Source of the DNA: Phycisphaerae bacterium
GTDB taxonomy: Bacteria > Planctomycetota > Phycisphaerae > SM23-33
Reading direction: 5' to 3'
Assembly: GCA_011050235.1 (NCBI GenBank)
Contig: DRGC01000021.1
Location: forward strand, 6,081 to 70,080
DNA: 64,000 nucleotides
Below the pieces are notes generated by a model. That model did not search any database and was not told the origin of the DNA. It saw nothing but the letters and a program-made list of their open reading frames with translations. The position numbers were made by a program, and so were the translations under genes. Shown here in pieces: positions 49,161 through 58,709 of the stretch; the first letter of the stretch is position 1, and the number at the start of each line of letters is the position of its first letter.

Positions 49161-50190
49161 CCTGCAATCGATTGGCGTGCGGCTGGGGTCGTTCGAGCTG
49201 GCCGACGTGTCGGTGACTATCGAGGCCGGCGAGTACTTCGTCCTGCTGGGGCCCTCCGGCGTCGGCAAAAGCGTGCTGCTGGAGATCGTCGCCGGACTCA
49301 TTCGCCCCAGCGCGGGCCGGGTGCTGCTGGACGGGCGCGATATCACCGGCCTGCCGCCCGAGCAGCGGGGGTTCTCGCTGGTCTACCAGGACTACGCGCT
49401 GTTCCCGCACATGACGGTCCGGCGGAACATCGCCTACGGCCTGCCGCGCGCGCGGAGTGCCCGCCCGGCGGCCAAGCGGCGCGCAGCCGAGCTGGCGGAA
49501 CTGCTGCACATCACCCCGCTGCTGGCGCGCCGGCCGGAGACGCTGTCCGGCGGGCAGCAGCAGCGCGTCGCATTGGCCCGCGCGCTGGCCGTCCAGCCCA
49601 GACTGCTGCTGCTGGACGAGCCGCTGGCGGCCCTGGATACCAACACGCGCTTCCGCCTGCGGAAGGAACTCAAGCGCATCAACCGCGAGCTGAATACCGC
49701 CGTGCTCCACGTCACCCACGACCCGGAAGAGGCGATGGCCCTGGGCGACCGCGTGGGTATCCTGCTGGACTGTCGCCTTCACCAGGTCGCCGCCCCCCAG
49801 GAGCTGTTCCGTCGGCCGTCAGATCCACAAGTCGCCGACTTTCTCGGCATGCGAAACGTCCTGCCCGTTGGGCGCGTGGACGACAAGATCTGCCACATCT
49901 GCGGCGTCGATATCCACGTCAGTTCGCTGACCGCCGAGACCACGCACATCTGGATCAAGCCCGAAGAGATCATTCTCTCGCAAGAGCCCTTCGCCAGCAG
50001 TGCCCGCAACCAGTTCAAGTGCACCGTCGTCGAATGGGATCCACGGGGCTCGCTGCTGGCCGTCCGCGTCGCAGCCGGCGATCTGTCGCTGGTGGCCCTG
50101 ATCACCCACGCATCCTTCGACCAACTCGCCATCGAACCAGGCCGCCAAATCTACGCCACCTTCAAAAGCTCCGCCGTCCACTGCTTCTGA
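49153..50190 (+). CDS. wtpC: Tungstate/molybdate ABC transporter ATPase with TOBE domain
   Basis: GPSGVGKS, LSGGQQQR, LLLDEP, C-terminal TOBE (ATFKSSAVH). Confidence 0.9.
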   Translation: MLDLQSIGVRLGSFELADVSVTIEAGEYFVLLGPSGVGKSVLLEIVAGLIRPSAGRVLLDGRDITGLPPEQRGFSLVYQDYALFPHMTVRRNIAYGLPRARSARPAAKRRAAELAELLHITPLLARRPETLSGGQQQRVALARALAVQPRLLLLDEPLAALDTNTRFRLRKELKRINRELNTAVLHVTHDPEEAMALGDRVGILLDCRLHQVAAPQELFRRPSDPQVADFLGMRNVLPVGRVDDKICHICGVDIHVSSLTAETTHIWIKPEEIILSQEPFASSARNQFKCTVVEWDPRGSLLAVRVAAGDLSLVALITHASFDQLAIEPGRQIYATFKSSAVHCF

Positions 50191-50193
50191 GGG

Positions 50194-50219
50194 GTAGGGT
50201 GCGTAGCTTCGCTACGCAC
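50194..50219. repeat. GTAG-type REP-like palindrome
   Basis: GTAGG followed by GTGCGTAGC-TTC-GCTACGCAC. Partial second copy GTGCGTAGCT near 50251. Confidence 0.65.
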
Positions 50220-50260
50220 GCGGACAATGGGCATTATTGCCAGCTACGGCGTGCGTAGCT

Positions 50261-51364
50261 CTAGGCATTGAGCTTCGTCACTTCGTCGACGACGGCGGGG
50301 ACGATGTCCGATGCGGGGATCGTGCCGATCTTTTGGCCGCGGACGTAGAGGATGGCTCGGCCTTTGCCGGCGCAGATGGCGACGTCGGCGCCTTCGGCTT
50401 CGCCGGGGCCGTTGACGACGCAGCCCATCACAGCCACCGTCAGGGGCGTGTCGATATCGGCGAGGGCGGCTTTGACTTGGCCGGCCAGGGCGGCGATATC
50501 CATCTCGCAGCGGCCGCAGGTCGGGCAGGCGATCAGCTCGATGCCGCGCCGCTGGCGAAGGCGGAGCGAGGCCAGCAGTTCGCAAGCGGCGCTGACTTCG
50601 GCGACGGGGTCGCCGGCGAACGAGATGCGGATCGTATCGCCGATGCCCTCAGCCAGTAGCGCCCCCAGCGCGGCCGCCGATCGGATGGCGGCCTCGGCGG
50701 CCAGCCCGGCGTGCGTGAGGCCCAGGTGGATCGGATAGTCCCACCGCTCAGCCATGCGGCGGTTGACGGCGATGGTGGTGACGGCGTCGTGACTCTTGGC
50801 CGACAGGACCAGCTTGCCGAAGTCGGCCTCTTCGAACACCTCCAGGTACTCGGCCAGCTTATCGACCATCAGATCGACCAGCGGCTTATCGAGGTCGGCA
50901 TCGCGCTGCTCGCCCGCGCGCCGATCGACGATGGAGCCCTCGTTGACGCCCACGCGGATAGCCACTCCGGCGGCGGTGGCGGCGGCGATGACCTCACGCA
51001 CCTGGCCGCGGTCGGCGATATTGCCCGGGTTCAGACGGATCTTGGCGGCGCCGGCTTCGATGGCTTCCAACGCCCGCTGGAAGTGGAAGTGCACATCCGC
51101 GATCACGGGCACGTTGACGGCTTCCACGATCGCCGACAGAGCTGCGGTGTCTTCCTGCGTCGCCGCAGCCACGCGGACCAGATCACAGCCGGCCGCGACG
51201 AGCGCATCAATCTGCGCGACGGTGGCGGCCACGTCGGCGGTGGTGGTCGTCGTCATCGACTGCACCGCCACCGGCGCGTCGCCGCCGATGGTGACATCGC
51301 CGATAACGACAGACCGGGTGCGGCGGCGCGGAATGTCGGGGTAGTTGTGAGCGTCAGCGGCCAT
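50261..51364 (-). CDS. ispG: (E)-4-hydroxy-3-methylbut-2-enyl-diphosphate synthase
   Basis: VQSMT, ADVHF, RLNPGN, RVGVNEGS, GIGDTIRIS, CPTCGR, AVMGCVVNGPGE. Confidence 0.96.
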   Translation of the reverse strand: MAADAHNYPDIPRRRTRSVVIGDVTIGGDAPVAVQSMTTTTTADVAATVAQIDALVAAGCDLVRVAAATQEDTAALSAIVEAVNVPVIADVHFHFQRALEAIEAGAAKIRLNPGNIADRGQVREVIAAATAAGVAIRVGVNEGSIVDRRAGEQRDADLDKPLVDLMVDKLAEYLEVFEEADFGKLVLSAKSHDAVTTIAVNRRMAERWDYPIHLGLTHAGLAAEAAIRSAAALGALLAEGIGDTIRISFAGDPVAEVSAACELLASLRLRQRRGIELIACPTCGRCEMDIAALAGQVKAALADIDTPLTVAVMGCVVNGPGEAEGADVAICAGKGRAILYVRGQKIGTIPASDIVPAVVDEVTKLNA

Positions 51365-51438
51365 GGCTGTATTCTACCGCCTTAGGCGACGGGACAGGTC
51401 GTAGATCCGCCGCGCCGAAACAGTCGCGTCGCGGGGCC

Positions 51439-52755
51439 CTAGTCCAGCGGCGCATCGCCGAGCAGGTCGGCGATCTTGATGGGCATGCCCGCATCGATGC
51501 TCTTGTAGGCTGCCACGCCCGTGAGGATCGAATAGGCGCCGTCGCGCTGGTCGGCCTTTCGGCCCAGTGGGTCAGCCGGCGGGTTGGGGTGGAAGATGTC
51601 ATCGAGCAGCACGGGGTCGCCGCCGCCGTGGCCGCCTTCACCCGTCCACGGCTCGAAGCCCTGCGGGTCGGCGCCGTGGGTGTGGAGGGTCACGTATTGG
51701 CCCTCGTCTTTGAGCTTGCCGGGCGTAGCGGCGTTCTCGTGGCCGCTGATATACCCAAACTGCGTGCTGCCGTGCTCCAGCCGGCCCTTCGTGCCGCTGA
51801 AGGCGACCTGGTAGCCCTCCCACGGCGCGTAGGCCAATAGGAAATAGCTCATCACCGCCCCGCGGCTGTAGCGGACCGAGACGGACATGTTGTCCCAGAT
51901 CGTAATCTCATCGCTGAACACGCAGCGGTCGCGGAAGTACCCGTCGTGATGCTCGTGGTCCAGGTACAGACGCTTGAGTCCCTCGCTGGCCTTGAGGTCC
52001 AGGAAGAAGTCGCACGTGTCGGAGCATGGGCACGTCAGGCAGCGTTCGGATCGGCCGGTCAGGCCCATTCGGTCGGCGTTCTCGCCCGTGTAAAACGTCC
52101 GCGTGGCGTGGCAGAACACCTCTTCAGGGACGTCATTCAGCCACCAGTTGACCAGGTCGAAATGGTGGGTGGCCTTGTGGACCAGCAGCGAGCCGCTGCT
52201 GTCGCGGTAGCGATGCCATCTGCGGAAGTAGTCGGCCCCGTGCTGCGTATCGAGCGGCCAGGTGAAGTCCACGCTGAGGATCTCGCCGATATCGCCGCGG
52301 TCGAGCATCTGCTTGACCTGGCCGCGGGCGGGCGCGTAGCGGTAGTTGAAGGTCACCTGCACGTCGCGCCCGGTGGCGGCGCGAGTTTCGAGGATCTTGC
52401 GACAGCGCTCGTCGTCGGTGGTCATGGGCTTTTCGGTCACCACGTTGCAGCCCAGCTCCATCGCGCGGACGATGTAGTCGCTGTGGGTGACGTCCGGCCC
52501 GGTGGTGACGATCACGCGGTCGGGCCTGGTCTCGGCGATCATCCGATCGAACTGATCGGCGGTGAAGGCGGGCACTTTCGGGTGGCCGGCCTGGTCCAGA
52601 TCGGTGTTGTACAGCTCCAATCGGCCGGGGTTGATGTCGCAGATGCCGACCATTTCGGCGTAGTCGCTGAAGTCGCCGGCAATGGCCTCCATGTACATGC
52701 GGCTGCGGCCGCCGAGCCCGACGTGGGCATAACGGGTTTTCGAATTCGAGGACAT
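51439..52755 (-). CDS. Gfo/Idh/MocA-family oxidoreductase
   Basis: VGLGGR, EKPM, FNYRY, HGADYFRRWH, HKATHHFD, GHGGGD. Start re-called at MSSNSK. Confidence 0.9.
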   Translation of the reverse strand: MSSNSKTRYAHVGLGGRSRMYMEAIAGDFSDYAEMVGICDINPGRLELYNTDLDQAGHPKVPAFTADQFDRMIAETRPDRVIVTTGPDVTHSDYIVRAMELGCNVVTEKPMTTDDERCRKILETRAATGRDVQVTFNYRYAPARGQVKQMLDRGDIGEILSVDFTWPLDTQHGADYFRRWHRYRDSSGSLLVHKATHHFDLVNWWLNDVPEEVFCHATRTFYTGENADRMGLTGRSERCLTCPCSDTCDFFLDLKASEGLKRLYLDHEHHDGYFRDRCVFSDEITIWDNMSVSVRYSRGAVMSYFLLAYAPWEGYQVAFSGTKGRLEHGSTQFGYISGHENAATPGKLKDEGQYVTLHTHGADPQGFEPWTGEGGHGGGDPVLLDDIFHPNPPADPLGRKADQRDGAYSILTGVAAYKSIDAGMPIKIADLLGDAPLD

Positions 52756-52920
52756 CGGTTCCTGCTCCTTCGTTTGGCGGCCCTGTTGGGGGCGCGTGAA
52801 GCGGCAATCTACCGCCCGCCCCGTGCGATGTAAACGGGCATTTATCCGGTCGGTGGGCGGTTGCGGGCCGGGCCCGTCGACGGTAGCGTGTGGGCCTGAT
52901 CGACCTGCAGGAGACAGCCT

Positions 52921-53937
52921 ATGCGTGGTGTGAAGATTCTGGAGGGCCCGAATGTGGCCGTCTGCGATTGGCCCGATCCGTCGCCCGAAGGCGATGAGGT
53001 GGTTGTGCGGATCGAGGCGGCCGGCCTGTGCGGCACGGACCTGCACTGCCTCTACGAGAAGGACTGGGCATGCCCGAGCATTCCGGGCCACGAGGGGGCC
53101 GGAACCGTGGTGGCCGTCGACAAGCCGCGGCGCCTCAAAGAAGGCGACCGCGTGTTCATGATGGCCTTCAGTACGTGCGAGACATGCGGGCCGTGCAAGG
53201 CGGGCTACTTCGTGTATTGCCGCGATGCGAACACCTCCATGCACGGCTTCTCGCGCGACGGCTTTCAGGCCGAGTACGTCCGCATCAAAGAGAACCAGTG
53301 TCTCCTCCTGCGGGAGCATGTGACGTTCGAGCACGGGGCGGTGCTGCAGGACCCAATCGGCACGCCGTTCCACGCGATCAAGCGGATGGGCGTCGAGGCC
53401 GGCCACGTCGTGGGCGTTTTCGGCCTGGGGCCGATGGGGTTGGGCGCCGTCATGATCGCCGCCCAAAAAGGCTGCCGTGTAATCGGCGTCGAGCCGATCG
53501 CGTTTCGCCGCGACCTGGCGATGACGCTCGGCGCCGCTGACGTCGTGGACCCGGCCGCCGGGGACATAGCCGAGCAGATTCGCGAGCTGACCGGCGGCGA
53601 AGGCCTGGACCGCGTTTTGGAATGCTGCGGCCGAGCGGAGGTGCTGTCGGCGGCGCTGGATTTGGCCAAGCCGTTCGGCCATGTCGCCATCATCGGCGAG
53701 TGCGACGAGGCGACCATTCAGCCGTCGGGGCATTTCAACCGCAAGGAAGTGACGCTGTCGGGGTCGACGGTCTTCCCGATGGGCGAGTACGACGAGATTA
53801 CCCAGCTCTTTGCCGACGGCCTGCCGACCGATCGGTTCATCACGCACCGTTTCCCGATCGAGCGAGCTGAGGAGGCCTACGAGACCTTCGCTGCCGGGCA
53901 GACGGGCAAGGTGCTGTTCACGCCCACGGTGACGTAA
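52921..53937 (+). CDS. Zinc-dependent alcohol/polyol dehydrogenase (MDR family)
   Basis: CGTDLH, GHEGAG, CxxCxxC-X7-C, GLGPMG. Confidence 0.92.
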   Translation: MRGVKILEGPNVAVCDWPDPSPEGDEVVVRIEAAGLCGTDLHCLYEKDWACPSIPGHEGAGTVVAVDKPRRLKEGDRVFMMAFSTCETCGPCKAGYFVYCRDANTSMHGFSRDGFQAEYVRIKENQCLLLREHVTFEHGAVLQDPIGTPFHAIKRMGVEAGHVVGVFGLGPMGLGAVMIAAQKGCRVIGVEPIAFRRDLAMTLGAADVVDPAAGDIAEQIRELTGGEGLDRVLECCGRAEVLSAALDLAKPFGHVAIIGECDEATIQPSGHFNRKEVTLSGSTVFPMGEYDEITQLFADGLPTDRFITHRFPIERAEEAYETFAAGQTGKVLFTPTVT

Positions 53938-53973
53938 CCGGCGGGCGCTGCTCTTGCGCCGAGGGCCCGATCG

Positions 53974-54789
53974 CTACGAGCGGCGCACGCCGCCGACGAT
54001 CATCCAGATGCCGTGAGCGTGATGGACGGTCGGTTCGAAGCCGGCCTCGTCCAGCAGCGCCTCGATCTCCTCGCGCCGGAAGAAGTGCATGCGCCAGAAT
54101 CGTCCGTCGAAGATGGCCTTGATGTGGCTCCAGGGCGTTCGCCCGACCCAGGCCAGGGACGCCGAGAATCGCCCGCCCGGTTTGACGACGCGGCCGAGCT
54201 CCGCCAGCACCGCCTGGACGTCGGTGAACAGATGCAGCGCCTCGCAGCAGTTGGCCACGTCCACCGAGCCGTCCTGAAGCGGCAGGGCGCAGGCGTCGCC
54301 ATGGATGAAGGTGATGTTCGCCAGGTCCAGCGCGGCGGCCTTGTCGACCGCGCGGCGGAGCATGGGCTCAGAGACGTCCACACCGATGACGGTTCGGCCG
54401 AGGCTGTCCTGGGCGAACGCTCGCGTGTAGATGCCGGGCCCGCACGCCAGGTCCAGCACCGTATCGGCCGCCTCGGCGGCGTCGATTCGCTTGACCAGCG
54501 CGATCTCCTCGTCCAGCGTGACGCCCGTGTACCGTTTGAACAGTGTCCCACCGCGCCACCACTTGCTCTCGTACCGTTTGACCCTCCACTCGGATTCCAT
54601 CAGCCTCTGGCCGCGGCCCTTTGGGCTGGGGATCGGATTAGGCAGGAAGTTCGCAATGCCCTCCGTCACCGGGTAGCGGCGCTCGCAGACGGTGCAGACG
54701 GCCGTCGTGGAATCGTCGGCGCCCTTGGCGATGCTGAGGCCCTCCAGGCACATCGGGCAGCAAAGGATGTTCGTCGGCAGGTCCATCAT
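53974..54789 (-). CDS. Class I SAM-dependent methyltransferase with N-terminal Trm112-like Zn ribbon
   Basis: LCCPMC..CTVC..YPV..GI, VLDLACGPG, GDACALP, RVVKPGGR. Confidence 0.88.
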   Translation of the reverse strand: MMDLPTNILCCPMCLEGLSIAKGADDSTTAVCTVCERRYPVTEGIANFLPNPIPSPKGRGQRLMESEWRVKRYESKWWRGGTLFKRYTGVTLDEEIALVKRIDAAEAADTVLDLACGPGIYTRAFAQDSLGRTVIGVDVSEPMLRRAVDKAAALDLANITFIHGDACALPLQDGSVDVANCCEALHLFTDVQAVLAELGRVVKPGGRFSASLAWVGRTPWSHIKAIFDGRFWRMHFFRREEIEALLDEAGFEPTVHHAHGIWMIVGGVRRS

Positions 54790-54809
54790 GCATCTCCGGC
54801 GGCTGTGAG

Positions 54810-55184
54810 CTATTCTCGTTCGGCCAGTTCGGCGATCCGCATCTCCAGGCGTTTGATCTCGCGCGTGACCGCATTGCGGTTCATCGCCATCCAGAACCAC
54901 ATCTTCAGCATCATAACCATTACCGTTGAAGACAAGAACACCGTGGCCCACAGAATCTGGTCGCGCGTCGTGTCGGCCTGAAAGAAGAAAACAATACCGA
55001 CCACCATCAGTCCGGTGAAGGCGAATATGTGGATCCAGGCCATCACCGACATCCACCGCGACTGCCCGCGGAACGAACCGGCCAGCATATCATGGAAGGT
55101 CAGGTCGCGCCCGGCGTCGTACTCGCCGCTCCAGTCGGCTTTCTTCAAGGCGGCTCGAATGTCATTGTCGTTGTCGCTCATCAT
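54810..55184 (-). CDS. Small two-TM membrane protein (DUF6768-like, putative anti-sigma partner)
   Basis: Two TM helices then KMWFWMAMNRNAVTREIKRLE. AAGGAG RBS. Lies directly behind an ECF sigma remnant. Confidence 0.75.
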   Translation of the reverse strand: MMSDNDNDIRAALKKADWSGEYDAGRDLTFHDMLAGSFRGQSRWMSVMAWIHIFAFTGLMVVGIVFFFQADTTRDQILWATVFLSSTVMVMMLKMWFWMAMNRNAVTREIKRLEMRIAELAERE

Positions 55185-55197
55185 GTGTCTCCTTCAA

Positions 55198-55354
55198 TCA
55201 GCTGTGTCCCAATCGTCGTCTCAGTTCGTTGCGACCGTGATGGAGGCGGCTCTTGCCAGCGACGGACCAGTTCGTCCATCGCGTCGGCCTCGCCGTCCTG
55301 GGCCCGCATGACGAGCCATTCGTCAAGCAGTTGTTGGCGGGACGGTTTCATCAT
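55198..55354 (-). pseudogene. ECF sigma-70 factor with large internal deletion
   Basis: N-terminus MMKPSRQQLLDEWLVMRAQDGEADAMDELVRRWQ is fused out of frame to a region-4 C-terminus KSRLHHGRNELRRRLGHS*. Confidence 0.8.
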
Positions 55355-55509
55355 CGTCTGCTAACCTGGTCGCACATGCCGTCGGTTGGGTTCAATCGAG
55401 TCGGAGATTTTCTCCGCGCTATGAGCAGTGATTCCCGATGGATACCAGTGGGCCAATATAATGGATCGGAGGGCCTGAATCCGATCGATCTTGCGCGTCT
55501 GGAGCGACT

Positions 55510-56973
55510 ATGAGAATAAACGCATTTATCGCCGTGGGGGCGTTGGCGGTATTGGCATGCGGCTGCGCCGATCCGATCGACTTCCCCGCGACATCCGTGC
55601 AAGGCCCGGCGGGCGCTCACCGCAGCTACGATACCGACGGCGACGGTGGGGCGGATTTCTTTCTGTTCGCCGGCGCGGCCGGGCGGGTGGAGCGGCTGGG
55701 CTATGACAGCTCCGGCGACGGCGCGCCGGACAGCTTCGTCAATCTGGACGACAACCCGGTGGACGGGCGTCACCTGGTGATCGTTCTGGACGGCGTGACC
55801 TTCGACCTGGTGCGCGACCTCTACGAGGCGGGCGATCTGCGCATCTTTCACCCGCCGTCGCGCGTGATCACACCGTATCCGTCGATGACGGACCTGAGTA
55901 TGGCCCAGATGCTGGGCGAGATGCCCCCGCTGGCCTACGAGGCGCAATACTTCGACCACGAAAGCAACCGCGTGGTCGGCGGCCAGAGCGCGTACTTGGC
56001 CGAGACCAACGAACTGCACCTGCAGGTGATCCAATACAAGGCGCACACGTTGTGGCGGGCGATGGGGTTCGTCTGGCCGTCGTCGGTTTTCAACAAGGAG
56101 CTCGGCACGGCCATCGGCCGTTATGACGAGGTCGATTCGCAGGAGTTCATCGCCTATTTCGGCAGCACGGCCGGGATGGGGACGCGTCTGGGCGCCGAGG
56201 GCCACCGCGAGACGCTCCGCCGCATCGAGCGGTGGGCGAACCAGGTCCTTTGGCAGAGCCGCGGGCTCGCCGAGGTGACGCTGATGTCCGATCACGGCCA
56301 CACCTACACGCCGGGCCAGCCCTTGCCGGCCGCGGCGCACCTGAAAGATCGCGGCTGGCGCCTGCGCAGCACCTTGGCCGATGACCGCGACGTTGTGTGG
56401 ATTCGCTTCGGCCTGCTGACGTTCGCCAGTTTCGCTGCGCGCGACCCCGCCGCGCTGGCCGACGACCTGGCCGACTGCGAAGGGGTCGACATCACCAGCT
56501 ACGCCGAGGGCGAGAAGGTCGTTGTGCTCGACGGCAACGACGGCCGGGCTGTCATCGGCCGCCGCGACGGGCGATACCGCTATGAGCTTATTCGCGGCGA
56601 CCCACTGCAGCTTGGGGACATCCTCAAGCAGCTCACTCCCGACGCCGACGGCTACTACGATGCGGACGATCTGCTGGCGGCGACGGCCGACCACGTGTAC
56701 CCGGCCCCGCTGCAGCGGATGTGGCAGGGGCACTTCACGGTCGTGCAGAATCCGCCGGACGTGGTCTGCTCGCTGGAGGACGGCTATTTTTCCGGCTCGT
56801 CGGGCCTGGCCGGGGCGGTGTCGATCGAGTCGACCCACGGCAGCTTGAATCGCCGCAACAGCACGGCTTTCATCATGTCCACAATCGGTCCGTTGCCGCC
56901 GCTGATGCGGTCGGGCGACATCTCCGACCACATGGGTGTGCTGATCGGGGGCCCCTGGCCGATGGGGAAGTAG
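55510..56973 (+). CDS. Alkaline-phosphatase-superfamily lipoprotein
   Basis: Lipobox LACGC, DxDxDG loops, IVLDGV, PYPSMT, SDHG, THGSL. Confidence 0.78.
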   Translation: MRINAFIAVGALAVLACGCADPIDFPATSVQGPAGAHRSYDTDGDGGADFFLFAGAAGRVERLGYDSSGDGAPDSFVNLDDNPVDGRHLVIVLDGVTFDLVRDLYEAGDLRIFHPPSRVITPYPSMTDLSMAQMLGEMPPLAYEAQYFDHESNRVVGGQSAYLAETNELHLQVIQYKAHTLWRAMGFVWPSSVFNKELGTAIGRYDEVDSQEFIAYFGSTAGMGTRLGAEGHRETLRRIERWANQVLWQSRGLAEVTLMSDHGHTYTPGQPLPAAAHLKDRGWRLRSTLADDRDVVWIRFGLLTFASFAARDPAALADDLADCEGVDITSYAEGEKVVVLDGNDGRAVIGRRDGRYRYELIRGDPLQLGDILKQLTPDADGYYDADDLLAATADHVYPAPLQRMWQGHFTVVQNPPDVVCSLEDGYFSGSSGLAGAVSIESTHGSLNRRNSTAFIMSTIGPLPPLMRSGDISDHMGVLIGGPWPMGK

Positions 56974-57008
56974 TGCTTTCGTCCGATCCCTGGGGCAAAG
57001 GAATATCG

Positions 57009-58709
57009 ATGCCGAGACAGTCTGTCCACCATCGCCCTGCGTGGCGTGCGGCAATCATTGCGGTCGCGAGCCTGTGCCTGTGGTCGATCGGGTGCAGCGT
57101 GCCGGCCGCCGAGACGCCCGTCGGTACGTTCGGGCTGGATTTCTCGTCCGTCCCGTCGGATGGCGGCCCGGCGGCAATGGTGTTCTTCGTGGACGGGCTC
57201 AACGCGTCGGTGTTCGAGGAGATGCTCACGGCCGGCGATCTGCCGGCGATTCAGAAATACTTCGTCGATCGCGGCCTGTACGCCCCGCGCGCGGTCGCCA
57301 ATATCCCGTCGGTGACGTTGGCCAATCAGGTCAGTGTTGTCACCGGCCAGTTTCCCGGTCGCCACGGCGTGGTGGCCAATAAATGGTTCGACCGAAACGC
57401 TCTGGTCCGCCGCAACTACGAGACCATCGACCAGAAAAACACGCTCGACGACGACTACACCGCTGCAACGATCTACGAGGCCCTGGCCGACCGTACAACG
57501 GTGTCGATCTTCTTTCAGGCGCATCGCGGGGCAACCAAGTGGTTCGAAAACCGCCTGTCGGCCTCGCCGCCGTTTATGATGGGGTGGTACGAGTTCGTCG
57601 ACCGGCTGACGCTGTGGCGCTTGACCGAGGTGATCGAGCTGGCCCAGCAGCGCCGGGCGATGCCGGCTCTTACCGTCATCTACCTGCTGGCGCCGGATTT
57701 TCGCGGCTACGGGCACGGCGTGGACTCGGACGAATACCGCAAGGCGATTGCCCACACCGACACGCAGATCGGCCGGGTCCTGGCCGACATGGACCGCGCG
57801 GGACTGTTGGATACCATGCACATTGCGCTGGTCAGCGACCACGGCATGACGGCGGTGGGGGGGCACTTCCTGCTGGAGCGGTTCCTACGCGAGCGGGTCG
57901 GCCTCAGCGTCGCCGGACGTTGGCTGTGGGAGCGAATGCCGTTCGAGCAGCGACTGGACGCCTATCAGCGACACTCGGCCGTGGTCAATATTACCGGGGA
58001 TCGTTATGCGGCTGTGTCGGTGCGTCGGCCGATGCGCCGCGATGACGGCGAGCCGGACTTCGCCCCCTGGCCGCAGCGGCCGGGGCTCGAAGACGTGCGG
58101 ATCTATCCTTCCCCCACCGGCCCGGTGGACCTGCCTGCCCTGCTGGTTGCCCAGGAGGCCGTGGACGTGGTCGCCTATGCCGCCGGGCCCGGCCGCGTTC
58201 GCATCCGCCGCGCCGACGGCGAAGTGGAGTTCCACCAGGATGAAGGCGGCATTCGCTACCGCGTCGTCGAAGGCGACGATCCACTGGGCTGGGCGGGCCG
58301 AATTGACGAGCGGCTGCTCAGCGGCGAGCCGGTTTCGGCGAGCGAGTGGCTGGCGGCGACGGTCGAGACGGAGTTCCCGGGCTTGCCGGAGCGGATCGTG
58401 GCCTATTTCGGCGCGCAGCGGGCGGGTGACCTGGTGGTCTTTGCGGCGCCGGGGTGGGATTTCAAGAGTCGCTTCCGCTCCGGCCATGGCGGCTTGTCGC
58501 CGGCGGAGATGTTTACGCCGATGTTGCTGGCCGGGCCGGGCGTGCCCAACGAGCGCCTGGCCGTCGCCCAGACCGTGGATCTGATGCCGACGCTGCTGGC
58601 TCTGCTGGGTGGGGCTGCGCCGGAAGAACTGGACGGCGTCGACCTGTTGAGAGCGGGCGAAGGACCGGCGTCGCTGCCGGCAGGGGCTATCGCGGAACCA
58701 GCTCCTTGA
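57009..58709 (+). CDS. Alkaline-phosphatase-superfamily (nucleotide pyrophosphatase/phosphodiesterase-like) lipoprotein
   Basis: Lipobox WSIGC, FVDGL, IPSVT, TG..P..HG, SDHGM, GHGGL, DLMPTLL. Start re-called at MPRQ. Confidence 0.85.
   Translation: MPRQSVHHRPAWRAAIIAVASLCLWSIGCSVPAAETPVGTFGLDFSSVPSDGGPAAMVFFVDGLNASVFEEMLTAGDLPAIQKYFVDRGLYAPRAVANIPSVTLANQVSVVTGQFPGRHGVVANKWFDRNALVRRNYETIDQKNTLDDDYTAATIYEALADRTTVSIFFQAHRGATKWFENRLSASPPFMMGWYEFVDRLTLWRLTEVIELAQQRRAMPALTVIYLLAPDFRGYGHGVDSDEYRKAIAHTDTQIGRVLADMDRAGLLDTMHIALVSDHGMTAVGGHFLLERFLRERVGLSVAGRWLWERMPFEQRLDAYQRHSAVVNITGDRYAAVSVRRPMRRDDGEPDFAPWPQRPGLEDVRIYPSPTGPVDLPALLVAQEAVDVVAYAAGPGRVRIRRADGEVEFHQDEGGIRYRVVEGDDPLGWAGRIDERLLSGEPVSASEWLAATVETEFPGLPERIVAYFGAQRAGDLVVFAAPGWDFKSRFRSGHGGLSPAEMFTPMLLAGPGVPNERLAVAQTVDLMPTLLALLGGAAPEELDGVDLLRAGEGPASLPAGAIAEPAP

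Noticed and set aside
51439..53847. 802-aa ORF in the track
   Set aside because: The N-terminal half is antisense to the Zn dehydrogenase; the real gene starts at 52755
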